Positions 1-10,479 are shown, counted from the stretch's first letter. The stretch is 64,000 nucleotides of DNA from Gammaproteobacteria bacterium (GCA_965243205.1 CBDEUK010000002.1:800001-864000), one strand, 5' to 3'. The notes: generated by a model from the sequence alone, not told the origin. Numbers and translations: made by a program.

Positions 1-3000
1 CTCCATCGAGAATATCATTGCCATTACCACCACTTAACCAATCATCTCCAGCTTCTCCATAGATAGTATCATTTCCTTCACCACCCATAAGGCCGCCGCT
101 ATGTCCATTAGTACGTCGGTATAATCCATCATCACCATCACCGCCATAAATCACATCATCTCCTGCATCACCAAAGATTCGATCAATACCAGAGCCACCA
201 TAAATGGTGTCATTACCATCCCGACTATAAATATCATCATCGCCTGCATTACCAGAAATGCTATCATCAGAATCATAACCAGTAATACGATCATTATTGC
301 TGGTACCAATCAATAACTGACTTTTAACCCACTCTGTTGTCCAAACAGTATTATCAGAAAAACGAATTTCTTCGATACGACGTTCAGGCGTATTACCATC
401 ATTATTGAAATACCATTCAAGAGTTAATTTATCGGAAGTATTTTTGATTAGCAGTTCTAAGTGGATTCCATTACGAATTAATTGAACATCATCAGGCGAA
501 ACATCACTTAAAAACTCTACTGCATCTACCTTATTGGTTAGGTCAGTACCGTAACCATTGTAGTTCATGACTCTGTCATGACCATAACCTCTACCAAAAC
601 GATAAACATCATTTCCTTCGCCGCCAACAAGAGTATCGTTACCGGTTCCACCATCTAATATGTCATTACCTTCATCACCAACCAGATAATCATCACCAGC
701 ATCACCAAACAGTTGGTCATTACCTTTATGTCCATAGAGGGAATCCTTACCGTCATTTCCGTGAACTATATCATTGCCACTTCGTGCATAGATATAGTCA
801 TCACCAGCATTACCAGTAATCACATCATCCGTTAGATAACCCGTAATAGTATTATTGTTATCATCTCCAGTAAGTACAAATTGTTTAATATAATCGACAT
901 CCCATATTTGACCATTGGCAAAACGAATTTCATCTACCGCTGAAGCCTCGTTAATATCTTCAGTTGTAAAATAAGCACTAACAATCAATTTATCTGTTGT
1001 ACCAATAATTTCTAACTCTAATGAATTGCCAACTCGAGAAATTGCAATGTCTTCTGGAGAAATGTCGTTATTAAATACAATGGCATCTTGTTTTATTGGT
1101 GAATAATCATAACTTGAAATGGTATCTATTCCATAACCTCGGCCAAATTTATAAATATCGTTTCCATAGCCACCGTCAAGCCTATCATTGCCTGCACCAC
1201 CGTCTAAAATATCATCCCCAAATCGTATGGAACCATTATCACCATGAAGATAGTCATCACCAGCGCCGCCAAACAGGATGTCATCGCCAGCATCTCCGTA
1301 AAGAGAATCATCTCCATCATTTCCATAGAGGATATCGTTTAGCTCACCGCCTTGAAGTCGATCTGTTTCAGCTTGCCCTAATATAATTTCATTTTCTAAT
1401 CCTAAGCCATTACGAAACTGAGGATCATTTATGTCAGTTCGGTTGAATACATTCATTTGAACTAGTAAAGATTCAAGAGCACTATTTCCTTCTGCTTCAT
1501 CAGCCCAACTTTTCAACTGCTCAAGGCCATTCCATCCATATTGGTGCAAAGTATTGCCAGCATAACGATTTAGCTCAATCAGATCGATATAAGCTAACAT
1601 TGCACTTGACTGTTTAAGATCAGACAGTAAGGTATTGAGTGTTGTGAAATCAAAATCGATTGTCCCTGTATCACTAATACCAAAATCAATTGCTTCCATG
1701 TATGGTTTTAGTCGAGTTTGAAATAGTAGGCCTGCATAAATAGACTCACGTAATTGAGCATAAGACCTTTCTATATTTACTTTCTGTGCTTCTGCATATA
1801 CTAAATCCGTTTCTTTCATATAAATAACATTACTGTCCACACGACCACTACTTGAACCAGTACCAACGCCTCTTCTAAATGTAGTTCTTCCTGTACTAGC
1901 CGACGTTACAAATCGTTCTGGCTCTCCATCTTGATTGTCATCTTCAATCTCAAAACTAAAATCAAAGAAGTTTTGATTATTAAACACTTCTAACATTTGA
2001 ATTTTTGCTAGTACTTCAACATCTCGTCTGTCTGGATAAGCGCCTACTCTAAGTGTTGAACCGTCATGAGTAACATCTCCAATTGTTAAATAACCTGTAG
2101 AGCCGTTACTTCCAGAACCACTGCTAGTTGGGGTAGTAAATTCAGCATCATCTTCTAGAATTGGATTAGAGATTACAAACTCGACATCCCATGTTTTTGC
2201 AGCTACATTAACAGTGCCTGTGGAGATTGCAGGTGTTTCTATAGTGGCATCATCGAGTCGATCTTTTAAAAGATAATAGCCAGACGTTAAAGCCCATTCA
2301 TGGATGATTTGATCTAATAAAGCTTCTTGGCCAGCTTTAGTTGTGATTTGAGAATATTGATTTAAAAGGCTAGTCAATTCAGAACTTAATGTTGCTGCTT
2401 GTCTTAAATCACGAACCGCACCTGAACCTTGCATATTCGGAAGGGCTTGATGAGATTCAGGTATAGCTAAAACATCTTGGAACTCACGATAAAAATTATT
2501 CGTTGCTAGATTCAAACTTGCAGCAGCACCCGTTTGTCCAGTACTACCATTGCTATAAGTAAATGTACCTTCAGCAATCGCAACATTTCCATGACCAACA
2601 TTAGTGTTTGCCTGGACACCGTCAGTACTTATACTCTCGACACCTAGTTGGTTTAGAGTAAATAATTCATTTGATTGACTGATACCGTCAGAATTTAAGT
2701 CTCTCCAAATTCTTAACTTACTAAAATCAACATCTCTAGAATCAACTAACCCATCAGAATTGCTATCCAAATCACTTAAAGCATCAAAACCATCTTTTGC
2801 AGTAGAACCATCAGATTTAATCGTATTGTCACCAAATAACTCAAGACCATTATCGATCATACCATTATTGTTTCTATCCATGACGACCATTCCATCATCT
2901 GGATGAATCCAACCTATAGCAGATTTAGTTCCATCTGCATCATGATCAAACAATACTGTTCCATCAGCTGGAATCGTCTCAATACCGTCTCCATCTAAGT

Positions 3001-3682
3001 CAAGAGTAAGAGGATCACTAGGTGGAATCCATTTCAGTGCCTCTTGAAAAAACTCGCCTACAGGTTTGAATATTTCATCAAAATATGGCGCAAAGTAACT
3101 ATCATTTAATAACCAATCAACAGCTAGACCTACACCAATAAAAACACCAAATGTCGCAATAAGCCCCCATGATGCTGGAATTAATGCTGCTGCGATTAAA
3201 CCAGTTAATGTTGAAAATGCTAATTTTCCAATTTCACTTGGGTCATCACCAAATAGCGCATCAAGAAATTGATATAAATCATATGCTGCTCCACCTGCCT
3301 CTTTAATAATTTTTCCTGCAGCACCATAAGCAGCACTCTCTGTTGCAAGTTGAAGTTGTCCATTTACAGCATCTATACGGTTTCTTAAGTATGTACGTAT
3401 CTGACCCAAATCACCTGCTTTATCAGTAAGGGTTCTTGCTTCAACACTATCAGATCCAAAATGTGTTTGTGCTTTATCAGCTATATCTAAACCTAGATTT
3501 TGAATATACTCTAAGTTTTGTTCTAATTTATTCAGGGTATGTAATGCTGTCTCAGAATCGGAGAGCCCATTTTCTAACGCAAAATCAAATGCATCTCCTA
3601 TAGTTTGATTAATTGTATTTTTTACAGCCGAAGCAAAAGTTTTAACATCATTTTGAAATGAATTTTGGTTTTGTCCTGACAT
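1..3682 (-). CDS. FrpC-like RTX protein with self-processing module, partial (C-terminus beyond window start)
   Basis: Not in ORF track. ATG at 3682 with AGGAGGA RBS (3688-3694); no stop seen in the stretches translated by hand down to position 1 (1227 codons). Reads MSGQNQNSF..., then D223-P224 LTLDLDGDGIET...GWIHPDDG...ELFGDNT...LRIWRDLNSDGISQSNEL (FrpC SPM), then GGxGxD nonapeptide RTX repeats (e.g. GGAGDDYLH, GGAGNDRLD, GGYGNDIYK). Confidence 0.93.
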   Translation of the reverse strand, partial: MSGQNQNSFQNDVKTFASAVKNTINQTIGDAFDFALENGLSDSETALHTLNKLEQNLEYIQNLGLDIADKAQTHFGSDSVEARTLTDKAGDLGQIRTYLRNRIDAVNGQLQLATESAAYGAAGKIIKEAGGAAYDLYQFLDALFGDDPSEIGKLAFSTLTGLIAAALIPASWGLIATFGVFIGVGLAVDWLLNDSYFAPYFDEIFKPVGEFFQEALKWIPPSDPLTLDLDGDGIETIPADGTVLFDHDADGTKSAIGWIHPDDGMVVMDRNNNGMIDNGLELFGDNTIKSDGSTAKDGFDALSDLDSNSDGLVDSRDVDFSKLRIWRDLNSDGISQSNELFTLNQLGVESISTDGVQANTNVGHGNVAIAEGTFTYSNGSTGQTGAAASLNLATNNFYREFQDVLAIPESHQALPNMQGSGAVRDLRQAATLSSELTSLLNQYSQITTKAGQEALLDQIIHEWALTSGYYLLKDRLDDATIETPAISTGTVNVAAKTWDVEFVISNPILEDDAEFTTPTSSGSGSNGSTGYLTIGDVTHDGSTLRVGAYPDRRDVEVLAKIQMLEVFNNQNFFDFSFEIEDDNQDGEPERFVTSASTGRTTFRRGVGTGSSSGRVDSNVIYMKETDLVYAEAQKVNIERSYAQLRESIYAGLLFQTRLKPYMEAIDFGISDTGTIDFDFTTLNTLLSDLKQSSAMLAYIDLIELNRYAGNTLHQYGWNGLEQLKSWADEAEGNSALESLLVQMNVFNRTDINDPQFRNGLGLENEIILGQAETDRLQGGELNDILYGNDGDDSLYGDAGDDILFGGAGDDYLHGDNGSIRFGDDILDGGAGNDRLDGGYGNDIYKFGRGYGIDTISSYDYSPIKQDAIVFNNDISPEDIAISRVGNSLELEIIGTTDKLIVSAYFTTEDINEASAVDEIRFANGQIWDVDYIKQFVLTGDDNNNTITGYLTDDVITGNAGDDYIYARSGNDIVHGNDGKDSLYGHKGNDQLFGDAGDDYLVGDEGNDILDGGTGNDTLVGGEGNDVYRFGRGYGHDRVMNYNGYGTDLTNKVDAVEFLSDVSPDDVQLIRNGIHLELLIKNTSDKLTLEWYFNNDGNTPERRIEEIRFSDNTVWTTEWVKSQLLIGTSNNDRITGYDSDDSISGNAGDDDIYSRDGNDTIYGGSGIDRIFGDAGDDVIYGGDGDDGLYRRTNGHSGGLMGGEGNDTIYGEAGDDWLSGGNGNDILDG

Positions 3683-3699
3683 TTAAATCCTCCTACTAT

Positions 3700-4224
3700 T
3701 TAGTTAACTAATTTCTTAAAAAAATGGGATAAATAAAAAATACTTATTATGAACATAGTCCATGAACCCCAAGATAAAATTGCCATCCCAATTAAAGTCT
3801 CTGAAAACAACCTAATAAATATTCCTGGTTTTACATTTTGAATGTTCCCTGAATGCTCAAAGCCACCAACACAAGTAATAACCCCTAAAAAGAATAAAAC
3901 AAATAAAAGGATTACTACTTTAGTTGTATATGCATCGTAATTTATTATTTTTATATTTCTGAAAAACAAGAAAAGTATTAATACGCTACTCAAAGGTAAA
4001 AATAGCCATACAGCTCTGGCCTCATCATAATAATCTGATAAAAGTGGTGATCGATTCACCGCAGGAATTAATAAAGATAATTGATCACAAACACTACAAT
4101 TCGCCATATCTATTTCCATATAATTTATTAAGCAAGCAATAGTTAAAGTAATTAATGCCCAACTACCTAATACTATGTTAGAAAATCGTTCAGATTTCTT
4201 AGATATATATCTCTCATCATTCAC
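3700..4224 (-). CDS. Small 4-TM membrane protein, candidate immunity/accessory protein of the RTX locus
   Basis: 174 aa, GTG start, four hydrophobic segments, CxxC in a loop, very AT-rich; lies between hlyD and the RTX gene in the same orientation. Confidence 0.7.
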   Translation of the reverse strand: MNDERYISKKSERFSNIVLGSWALITLTIACLINYMEIDMANCSVCDQLSLLIPAVNRSPLLSDYYDEARAVWLFLPLSSVLILFLFFRNIKIINYDAYTTKVVILLFVLFFLGVITCVGGFEHSGNIQNVKPGIFIRLFSETLIGMAILSWGSWTMFIISIFYLSHFFKKLVN

Positions 4225-4266
4225 TTATATGTTACCCAGTATATTTTTATTTCTAGCATTATAATT

Positions 4267-5709
4267 TTATCGCTCACGAATACTCTCTTGCTTATATCTA
4301 AGAAGCGGACTCAAAAAATATTCAATCACTCTTCGCTTACCTGTTTTAATTTCAACATTCACACTCATACCAGGTGTTAAATTAACTAATTTATTATTGA
4401 CCTGCATTTTAGTTTTATGAATTAAAATTTTAGCCATATACACCAAGCCTAAATTCTCATCAGATATTGCATCATTAGATAAATTAATTACCTCAGCATC
4501 AATGGTTCCGTATTTTGTAAAATTGAAGGTATCTATTTTCACCTCAGCAACTTGTCCTTCCTCGATGAAACCAATGTCTTTATTAAGCACTAAAGCTTCT
4601 ACTTCCAATACAGATTGTTCAGGAACAATGAGCATCAACTCTTGAGCTGGCGTAACGACTCCACCTATAGTGTGAACTGCTAATTGTTGAACTGTTCCAT
4701 TGATTGGAGAATAAATAACTTGTTGATGATTTCTTTTATTGGCTTTTATCAACTCTTGTTCAATTGAAGAAATTTGAATAGAAGTTTCATTCAATTCTTG
4801 CAGATTCGTTTTTTGTACTTCTGCTTTTAATGTTTTTAATTGTGAATTTATTTCATTGATAGAAGCTATGATTTCTCTGTGCTGCGCTTTTAATGCTTGA
4901 AGATCTTGCTCTTGCTCTATTCTTTCCTGTTCTAAAGATAAAAATTGATCTCTAGCAACTAAATCTTTTTTCATAAGTTTCTTTAAAGAATCAACGCGTT
5001 CAGTAATCAACGGCAATGTTCGCTCTAATTTAATAACTGTCGCTTTGATACTTTGTTTCTCTGACTGCCGTTTTTCTAACTCATTCAATAATGTCTCTTT
5101 TCTATGATCGTATTCATTGATTTGTTCAACTAATAACTGATGTTGATTATTCACTTCATTTTTAGAAAAGGCTTGCTCGTTATTTTGGTTATGAGAATCA
5201 TAAACATCATTAAACTCAGACAAAGAATTCTGTAACCATTCATTACTTCTTGAATCGCCTGTATCAAGTATTTTTTGGAATTCTGTATTACGTGTTTTTT
5301 GTAAGCCTAACGAATAAAGTTGTTGTTCAAATCGTGTCGCATCTGCTTCTGTGGCTGTAGTATCTAAGGTAATTAATACATCGCCTTCTTGAACATACTG
5401 CCCCTCTTTAACATGGATAGTATTGATTTTGCCTATTTCTAATGGTTGAATTGTTTTTACACGATCACTTGGAATAATTTTTCCTGGCGCAACAGCGACC
5501 ACATCCAGTTTTCCGAAATATCCCCAAACCAAAGTTAATACAAATAACAACATAATCGTCCAGATAATGGCTCTTCCAATAGGCGATGGAGGCGTCTCCT
5601 GAATTTCAAGTACTGCTGGCATAAAAGCATAGGTGCTTCGTCTGATTTTCTCAGGGGTATCAAACCAATCAATCGGTTTGTTTAAAATTTTTGTCAACCA
5701 TTTGATCAT
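4267..5709 (-). CDS. hlyD: HlyD-family T1SS membrane fusion protein
   Basis: FMPAVLEIQETP, single TM, long coiled coil, SPINGTVQQL, C-terminal IEYFLSPL...ESIRER; 4-bp overlap with hlyB. Confidence 0.95.
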   Translation of the reverse strand: MIKWLTKILNKPIDWFDTPEKIRRSTYAFMPAVLEIQETPPSPIGRAIIWTIMLLFVLTLVWGYFGKLDVVAVAPGKIIPSDRVKTIQPLEIGKINTIHVKEGQYVQEGDVLITLDTTATEADATRFEQQLYSLGLQKTRNTEFQKILDTGDSRSNEWLQNSLSEFNDVYDSHNQNNEQAFSKNEVNNQHQLLVEQINEYDHRKETLLNELEKRQSEKQSIKATVIKLERTLPLITERVDSLKKLMKKDLVARDQFLSLEQERIEQEQDLQALKAQHREIIASINEINSQLKTLKAEVQKTNLQELNETSIQISSIEQELIKANKRNHQQVIYSPINGTVQQLAVHTIGGVVTPAQELMLIVPEQSVLEVEALVLNKDIGFIEEGQVAEVKIDTFNFTKYGTIDAEVINLSNDAISDENLGLVYMAKILIHKTKMQVNNKLVNLTPGMSVNVEIKTGKRRVIEYFLSPLLRYKQESIRER

Positions 5710-7859
5710 GCAACGGCTCCATTACCAACGGTTTGATGAAAATGCAGTTTTGCATACAATCCTTTATGTTTTATTAACCCTTCATGATTCCCTTGTTCGA
5801 TAATCTTTCCTTTATCCATGACAATAATTCGATCGGCATTTCTGACAGTGGATAGTCGATGCGCAATAATTAAAACCGTTCTATCTTGTGCTATCGCTTG
5901 CATGTTATTTTGAATAATGCGTTCAGACTCATAATCTAAAGCGCTGGTTGCTTCATCAAAGATCAAAATTCTTGGGTTAGTTAATAATGCCCTTGCAATT
6001 GCTATACGTTGTTTTTGGCCGCCTGATAAATTTTGTCCTTGTTCTTCAATACGTGTGTCATAACCTTCAGGCATTTCTAAAATGAAATCATGTGCACCTG
6101 CTAATTTTGCAGCGTGAATGACTTCTTCGATTGGAGTTCCAGGGTCTGTCAAGGCAATGTTGTCTTTCACCGAACGATTAAATAAAAAGTTATCCTGTAA
6201 TACGACACCAATTTGTCGTCGGAGCCATGCGGGCTGTATTAATGATAAATCAATACCATCAACTAATATTCGACCGTTTTCTGGAACATATAATCGTTGT
6301 ACGAGTTTTGTAAGTGTGCTCTTACCTGAACCAGAACGCCCAACAATGCCAACAACTTCACCTGCTTGTATCGCTAAATTAATATCAGACAATATCTGAG
6401 GTTGGTCGGGGCGATATCGAAAACTGATATGCTCAAACTGGATATGACCTTTGATATCAGGAAGGGTAGTTCGATTAGGATCGTGTCCAGCTTCAGGAGG
6501 TGAGTTTAATATGTCACCCAATCGTTCAATTGAAATACCTGCTTGCTGGAAATCTTGCCATAATTGAACTAATCGTAAAATTGGACCTGATACTCTTCCA
6601 GCAATCATATTAAATGCTATTAATTGACCTACACTAAGTTCACCTAAGATAACCAAGCGAGCACCAAACCAAAGAATTAATATGGTTACAACTTTATTAA
6701 TGAATTGTGCAACCTGAGAAGAAATGTTTCCTAAATTTTGACTTCTAAATGCCGATGACACGTAGCCCGCTAATTGTTCTTCCCATTTGCGCTGCATCTG
6801 TGGTTCAACTGACATTGATTTTAATGTCTCTGCGCCTGAAATAGATTCAACTAAAAAAGCTTGATTCTCTGCACCACGTTTGAACTTTTCATCTAAACGT
6901 TTTCTTAAGATAGGTGTAATAAAAGCTGATAATGCAACATAAAATGGAATTGAACCAAGCACAACCCAAAACAAGGTTGGGCTGTAGTAATACATGACAG
7001 CAAAAAAGATGACTGTGAAAAATAAATCAATAACTAAAGTTAACGCTGAACCTGTAATAAAATTACGAATAGTATCCAGTTCTCTTACTCTTGCTACAGT
7101 GGTGCCAACTTGTCGAGTCTGAAAATAACTAATCGGTAAGCTAATCAGATGTCGATATAAATTTGATCCTAACGTTACATCAACACGATTGGTTGTGTGT
7201 GAAAATAAATAAGTTCGAAGACCATTCAGAACAACATCAAAAATTGAAATTGCTAGCAACCCAATCGCTAGAACATCCAGTGTACTCAAACCTCGATGCA
7301 CTAAGACTTTATCAATGATCACTTGAAAAAATAGCGGTGTAATCAATGCAAACAATTGTATAAAGAAAGAAGCCAGCAAGACTTCTCCTAATAATTTTTT
7401 GTGTTTAAGAATGGCAGGGATAAACCAACTAATATCAAATTTTCCTGAAACACCAGGAATAATAGAACGCTTGGTTATTAAAATCAGATCACCTGACCAA
7501 CGTTCATTCAAACGTGTTACGGATATTTCTTCTGGTCGATTTTGAGTAGGATCTTGTATTAAGACTTTTTCTTTTTCAGCGTTATACTGAGCTAAAATAA
7601 AATAATTACCTTCATTATCTTTTGCTATTGCAGGAAAAGAAAATTCAGATAAATTGCTAGAGCTAGTATGAACCGATTTAGCTTTAAGCTTAAGATATTT
7701 TGCTGCGCGTAAAATTTCTGTATCAGAAAATAAGCGATCTAATTGCCCAAACTCATGTTGTAGAGCTGGAGAATCAGCCGCTAACTGATAATAACGAGCG
7801 ATTAATACGAGACAGACGCACCCTGTATCAATTTTATTATTTTGTACTTCATCAGGCAT
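5706..7859 (-). CDS. hlyB: HlyB-family T1SS ABC transporter with C39-like domain
   Basis: Walker A GRSGSGKST, LSGGQ, Walker B ILIFDE; N-terminal IDTG where active C39 peptidases have DCG, consistent with an inactive C39-like domain. Confidence 0.95.
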   Translation of the reverse strand: MPDEVQNNKIDTGCVCLVLIARYYQLAADSPALQHEFGQLDRLFSDTEILRAAKYLKLKAKSVHTSSSNLSEFSFPAIAKDNEGNYFILAQYNAEKEKVLIQDPTQNRPEEISVTRLNERWSGDLILITKRSIIPGVSGKFDISWFIPAILKHKKLLGEVLLASFFIQLFALITPLFFQVIIDKVLVHRGLSTLDVLAIGLLAISIFDVVLNGLRTYLFSHTTNRVDVTLGSNLYRHLISLPISYFQTRQVGTTVARVRELDTIRNFITGSALTLVIDLFFTVIFFAVMYYYSPTLFWVVLGSIPFYVALSAFITPILRKRLDEKFKRGAENQAFLVESISGAETLKSMSVEPQMQRKWEEQLAGYVSSAFRSQNLGNISSQVAQFINKVVTILILWFGARLVILGELSVGQLIAFNMIAGRVSGPILRLVQLWQDFQQAGISIERLGDILNSPPEAGHDPNRTTLPDIKGHIQFEHISFRYRPDQPQILSDINLAIQAGEVVGIVGRSGSGKSTLTKLVQRLYVPENGRILVDGIDLSLIQPAWLRRQIGVVLQDNFLFNRSVKDNIALTDPGTPIEEVIHAAKLAGAHDFILEMPEGYDTRIEEQGQNLSGGQKQRIAIARALLTNPRILIFDEATSALDYESERIIQNNMQAIAQDRTVLIIAHRLSTVRNADRIIVMDKGKIIEQGNHEGLIKHKGLYAKLHFHQTVGNGAVA

Positions 7860-7944
7860 TCGTGCCTATCCTTCCCATCTAACTAATTATTACTACTCAC
7901 TCTATATTGAGTGTTTTAAGGAAAGGAACTTAACATTAATTATG

Positions 7945-7970
7945 AAAAAAAAAATCACCCATATGGGTGA
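7945..7970 (-). terminator. Probable intrinsic terminator (or operator) between the transglycosylase gene and hlyB
   Basis: Perfect palindrome TCACCCATATGGGTGA (7955-7970) followed on the minus strand by T10. Confidence 0.55.
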
Positions 7971-8087
7971 ATATAAATGAATGTTTTATGAATATTGTGT
8001 AGTAATCTTATAAGATTATTATCTAAGCGAATGATTCCATTATGTTAAATAAAGTATCAAACGCAATAATATATTTTTAATTATTGA

Positions 8088-8699
8088 TTAACTTTTTAAA
8101 GATTTTTCGTATTTCTTGTAGTAACTCAAAACTTTTTTCACATAATTTTGAGTTTCTTTATACGGCGGAATTTTGTTTCCATATTTGATAACTGCATTTT
8201 CACCTGCGTTGTATGCAGCCAGTGCGAGTTGTAAATCGTTATCAAACATTTGTAACAAGTCACGAAAATAACGACTACCGCCATTAATATTTTCATGCGG
8301 GTTTTTACGATTTCCAACACCATAACGTTTCGCGGTTGCTGGCATTAATTGCATCATACCAACAGCACCTGCAGATGAGATCGCATGTGGATCGTATGCA
8401 GATTCTGCAGAGATGATCGCATGCAATAAACTTTTGGGAATGGCATATACCTTGGCGTAATGTTCAATGGTTGAAGAATATTTCTTTTGATTCTTTAAGA
8501 AATTTTTATAAGCAACACTGCCACGAGGTTTTTCAACCCATCCTTTCCATGTTTTAACTAATTGCTTATAACCTTTATGAGGTGGCTTGTCCGTTAAGGT
8601 CACACGGCCGTGTTTATCGACATAACGATAGATATCGGCTTGCACACTCTGCATGCCAATCATCAAAGTTATTAATGCTGATAAAACGAACACTCTCAT
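8088..8699 (-). CDS. Lytic transglycosylase (SLT domain) with N-terminal DUF4124-like domain
   Basis: Signal peptide; AES catalytic motif, GMMQLMP, AAYNAGE, ETQNYV. Confidence 0.9.
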   Translation of the reverse strand: MRVFVLSALITLMIGMQSVQADIYRYVDKHGRVTLTDKPPHKGYKQLVKTWKGWVEKPRGSVAYKNFLKNQKKYSSTIEHYAKVYAIPKSLLHAIISAESAYDPHAISSAGAVGMMQLMPATAKRYGVGNRKNPHENINGGSRYFRDLLQMFDNDLQLALAAYNAGENAVIKYGNKIPPYKETQNYVKKVLSYYKKYEKSLKS

Positions 8700-8750
8700 A
8701 AAATAAAACTCTGCTCAGTCCTAATTAACTTAATTTATCCTGAATAATGG

Positions 8751-9236
8751 CTAAATATATAACAAATAGGCAATTATTTGCAAAATAACCAGGCCATAAA
8801 GCCCGGCAAGTACATCATCTAACATAATGCCCAGACCACCTTTCACGCCTTTATCGATGCTTTTTATTGGCCAAGGCTTCCAAATATCAAAAATTCGAAA
8901 CAATACAAATCCAAGCAGGATCCATTCCCAACCTTTAGGAGCCATTAACATCGTTAGCCAGAATCCGATGAACTCATCCCAAACAATAGCTGGATGATCA
9001 TGCACTTGTAATGCATCCGCTGTTGCTTGGCATAAATAGATTCCGATCAAAAATCCAATCACCAATACTATGATATAAGGCAACAAAGCCAGATTTTGCA
9101 AGAATAGATAGGGTAAAATTGCGGCCACTGTCCCAAAAGTGCCTGGTGCTTTGGGAGCTAGGCCGCTACCAAAGCCCAATGATAGAAAATGCACTGGGTT
9201 CAGAAGTAACTTTACTGGGACTGGTTGAGAACTCAT
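8751..9236 (-). CDS. pgpA: Phosphatidylglycerophosphatase A
   Basis: GFGSGLAPKAPGTFGT, HDHPAIVWDE, FRIFDIWKP, GIMLDD motifs. Confidence 0.95.
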   Translation of the reverse strand: MSSQPVPVKLLLNPVHFLSLGFGSGLAPKAPGTFGTVAAILPYLFLQNLALLPYIIVLVIGFLIGIYLCQATADALQVHDHPAIVWDEFIGFWLTMLMAPKGWEWILLGFVLFRIFDIWKPWPIKSIDKGVKGGLGIMLDDVLAGLYGLVILQIIAYLLYI

Positions 9237-9287
9237 GATGAATTATTCGTTATGACAATGACTATAGCTTTATCATAGAATTAAACG

Positions 9288-9671
9288 ATGATTGCGAAAA
9301 CATTTTTAATTATTGGGGCTATCAACGCCCTACTCTCAGTGGTTCTTGGTGCTTTTGCTGCGCACGGTTTAAAAAATAAATTGGATCAACACTATTTAAA
9401 TGTATTTCAAACAGGTGTTGAGTATCAATTCTACCATGCCTTGGGATTAATACTGATTGGGATCGTGTGTATGCAATGGTTACCCAATGGCTTTTTGAAA
9501 TCCTCTGGTTGGGTCATGTTATTTGGCATTGTGATATTTTCAGGCAGTCTTTATATATTAAGTATCACCCAAATCCGTTGGATGGGAGCTATTACACCTA
9601 TCGGTGGTTTATCATTCATAATAGCCTGGGCTTTATTTATTGTGGGAGTAATGAAAGCTCAAGCGGTTTGA
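9288..9671 (+). CDS. DUF423 (YgdD/TMEM256) membrane protein
   Basis: GAFAAHGLK, YQFYH, FSGSLY, TPIGG. Confidence 0.9.
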   Translation: MIAKTFLIIGAINALLSVVLGAFAAHGLKNKLDQHYLNVFQTGVEYQFYHALGLILIGIVCMQWLPNGFLKSSGWVMLFGIVIFSGSLYILSITQIRWMGAITPIGGLSFIIAWALFIVGVMKAQAV

Positions 9672-10024
9672 TAAAAGAAAAAGTGATAAACCAAATATGC
9701 GACTGCAAACCAGATCGTAATCACAATGAATAAGCCTGTTATTTGAAACGCTTTACTCGGCTGTTCAGCTTCTAAAACATTTTCCTGTTCGTATTCTTGG
9801 ATTAAAACCTGAGGAATTATCCCGTACGCCAACTTTAATAAAAACGGAATTATAATCACATCGTCCAACCAACCCAGTACTGGAATAAAATCGGGTATGA
9901 GATCCACTGGACTGAGCAAATAAGCAATCGCCAGCAAAATAATGAGTTTTGCCAATAACGGGCAGCGTTGATCAAACACCGCTTTTCGCAATACCATTAG
10001 CTTATTTTTTATCTCACTTATCAT
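9659..10024 (-). CDS. DUF1232/YkvA family membrane protein
   Basis: YLLSPVDLIPDFIPVLGWLDD signature. Confidence 0.9.
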   Translation of the reverse strand: MISEIKNKLMVLRKAVFDQRCPLLAKLIILLAIAYLLSPVDLIPDFIPVLGWLDDVIIIPFLLKLAYGIIPQVLIQEYEQENVLEAEQPSKAFQITGLFIVITIWFAVAYLVYHFFFYQTA

Positions 10025-10121
10025 GTGCTTTTTATCATTTACTGGCTTCAGAATGCCCTTAAGGATAATTCGATTATTTGGTATGATTTTATCCTAATTT
10101 TTCTAACATAAAAGATTCGAT

Positions 10122-10475
10122 ATGGCGCTACCTCCACTCGGCACAATTCTAAATAACGCCCCTTTGATCATTCAAGGTGCAAACCATTTATTAAAAATGC
10201 TGCGCGATAAAGACAAAGAGCCAGAACAAGAAACACCGCCAACGAATATCGATGATGTCGCTACAGAATTAAAAAAAATCAATGAACGTTTGAACAATGC
10301 AGATAAATCCGATATTCAACAAATTGAACTTATTGAAGCCTTAGCCAAACAAAACGAATCTTTAGCCAGTTCTATGCAAACATCTTTAAAGAAAACACAT
10401 TTTGCATCGACCCTTGCAATCATTGCTATCGTATTAGCCGCCATTAGTTTGGCAAAGGTATTTAATATCATTTAA
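10122..10475 (+). CDS. Hypothetical coiled-coil protein with C-terminal TM anchor
   Basis: 117-aa ORF, co-oriented and tightly spaced with downstream genes. Confidence 0.7.
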   Translation: MALPPLGTILNNAPLIIQGANHLLKMLRDKDKEPEQETPPTNIDDVATELKKINERLNNADKSDIQQIELIEALAKQNESLASSMQTSLKKTHFASTLAIIAIVLAAISLAKVFNII

Positions 10476-10479
10476 TCCT

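Noticed and set aside
1096-1386. His-rich 96-aa plus-strand ORF
   Set aside because: Antisense shadow of the Gly/Asp-rich RTX repeats; the minus-strand RTX frame explains the composition.
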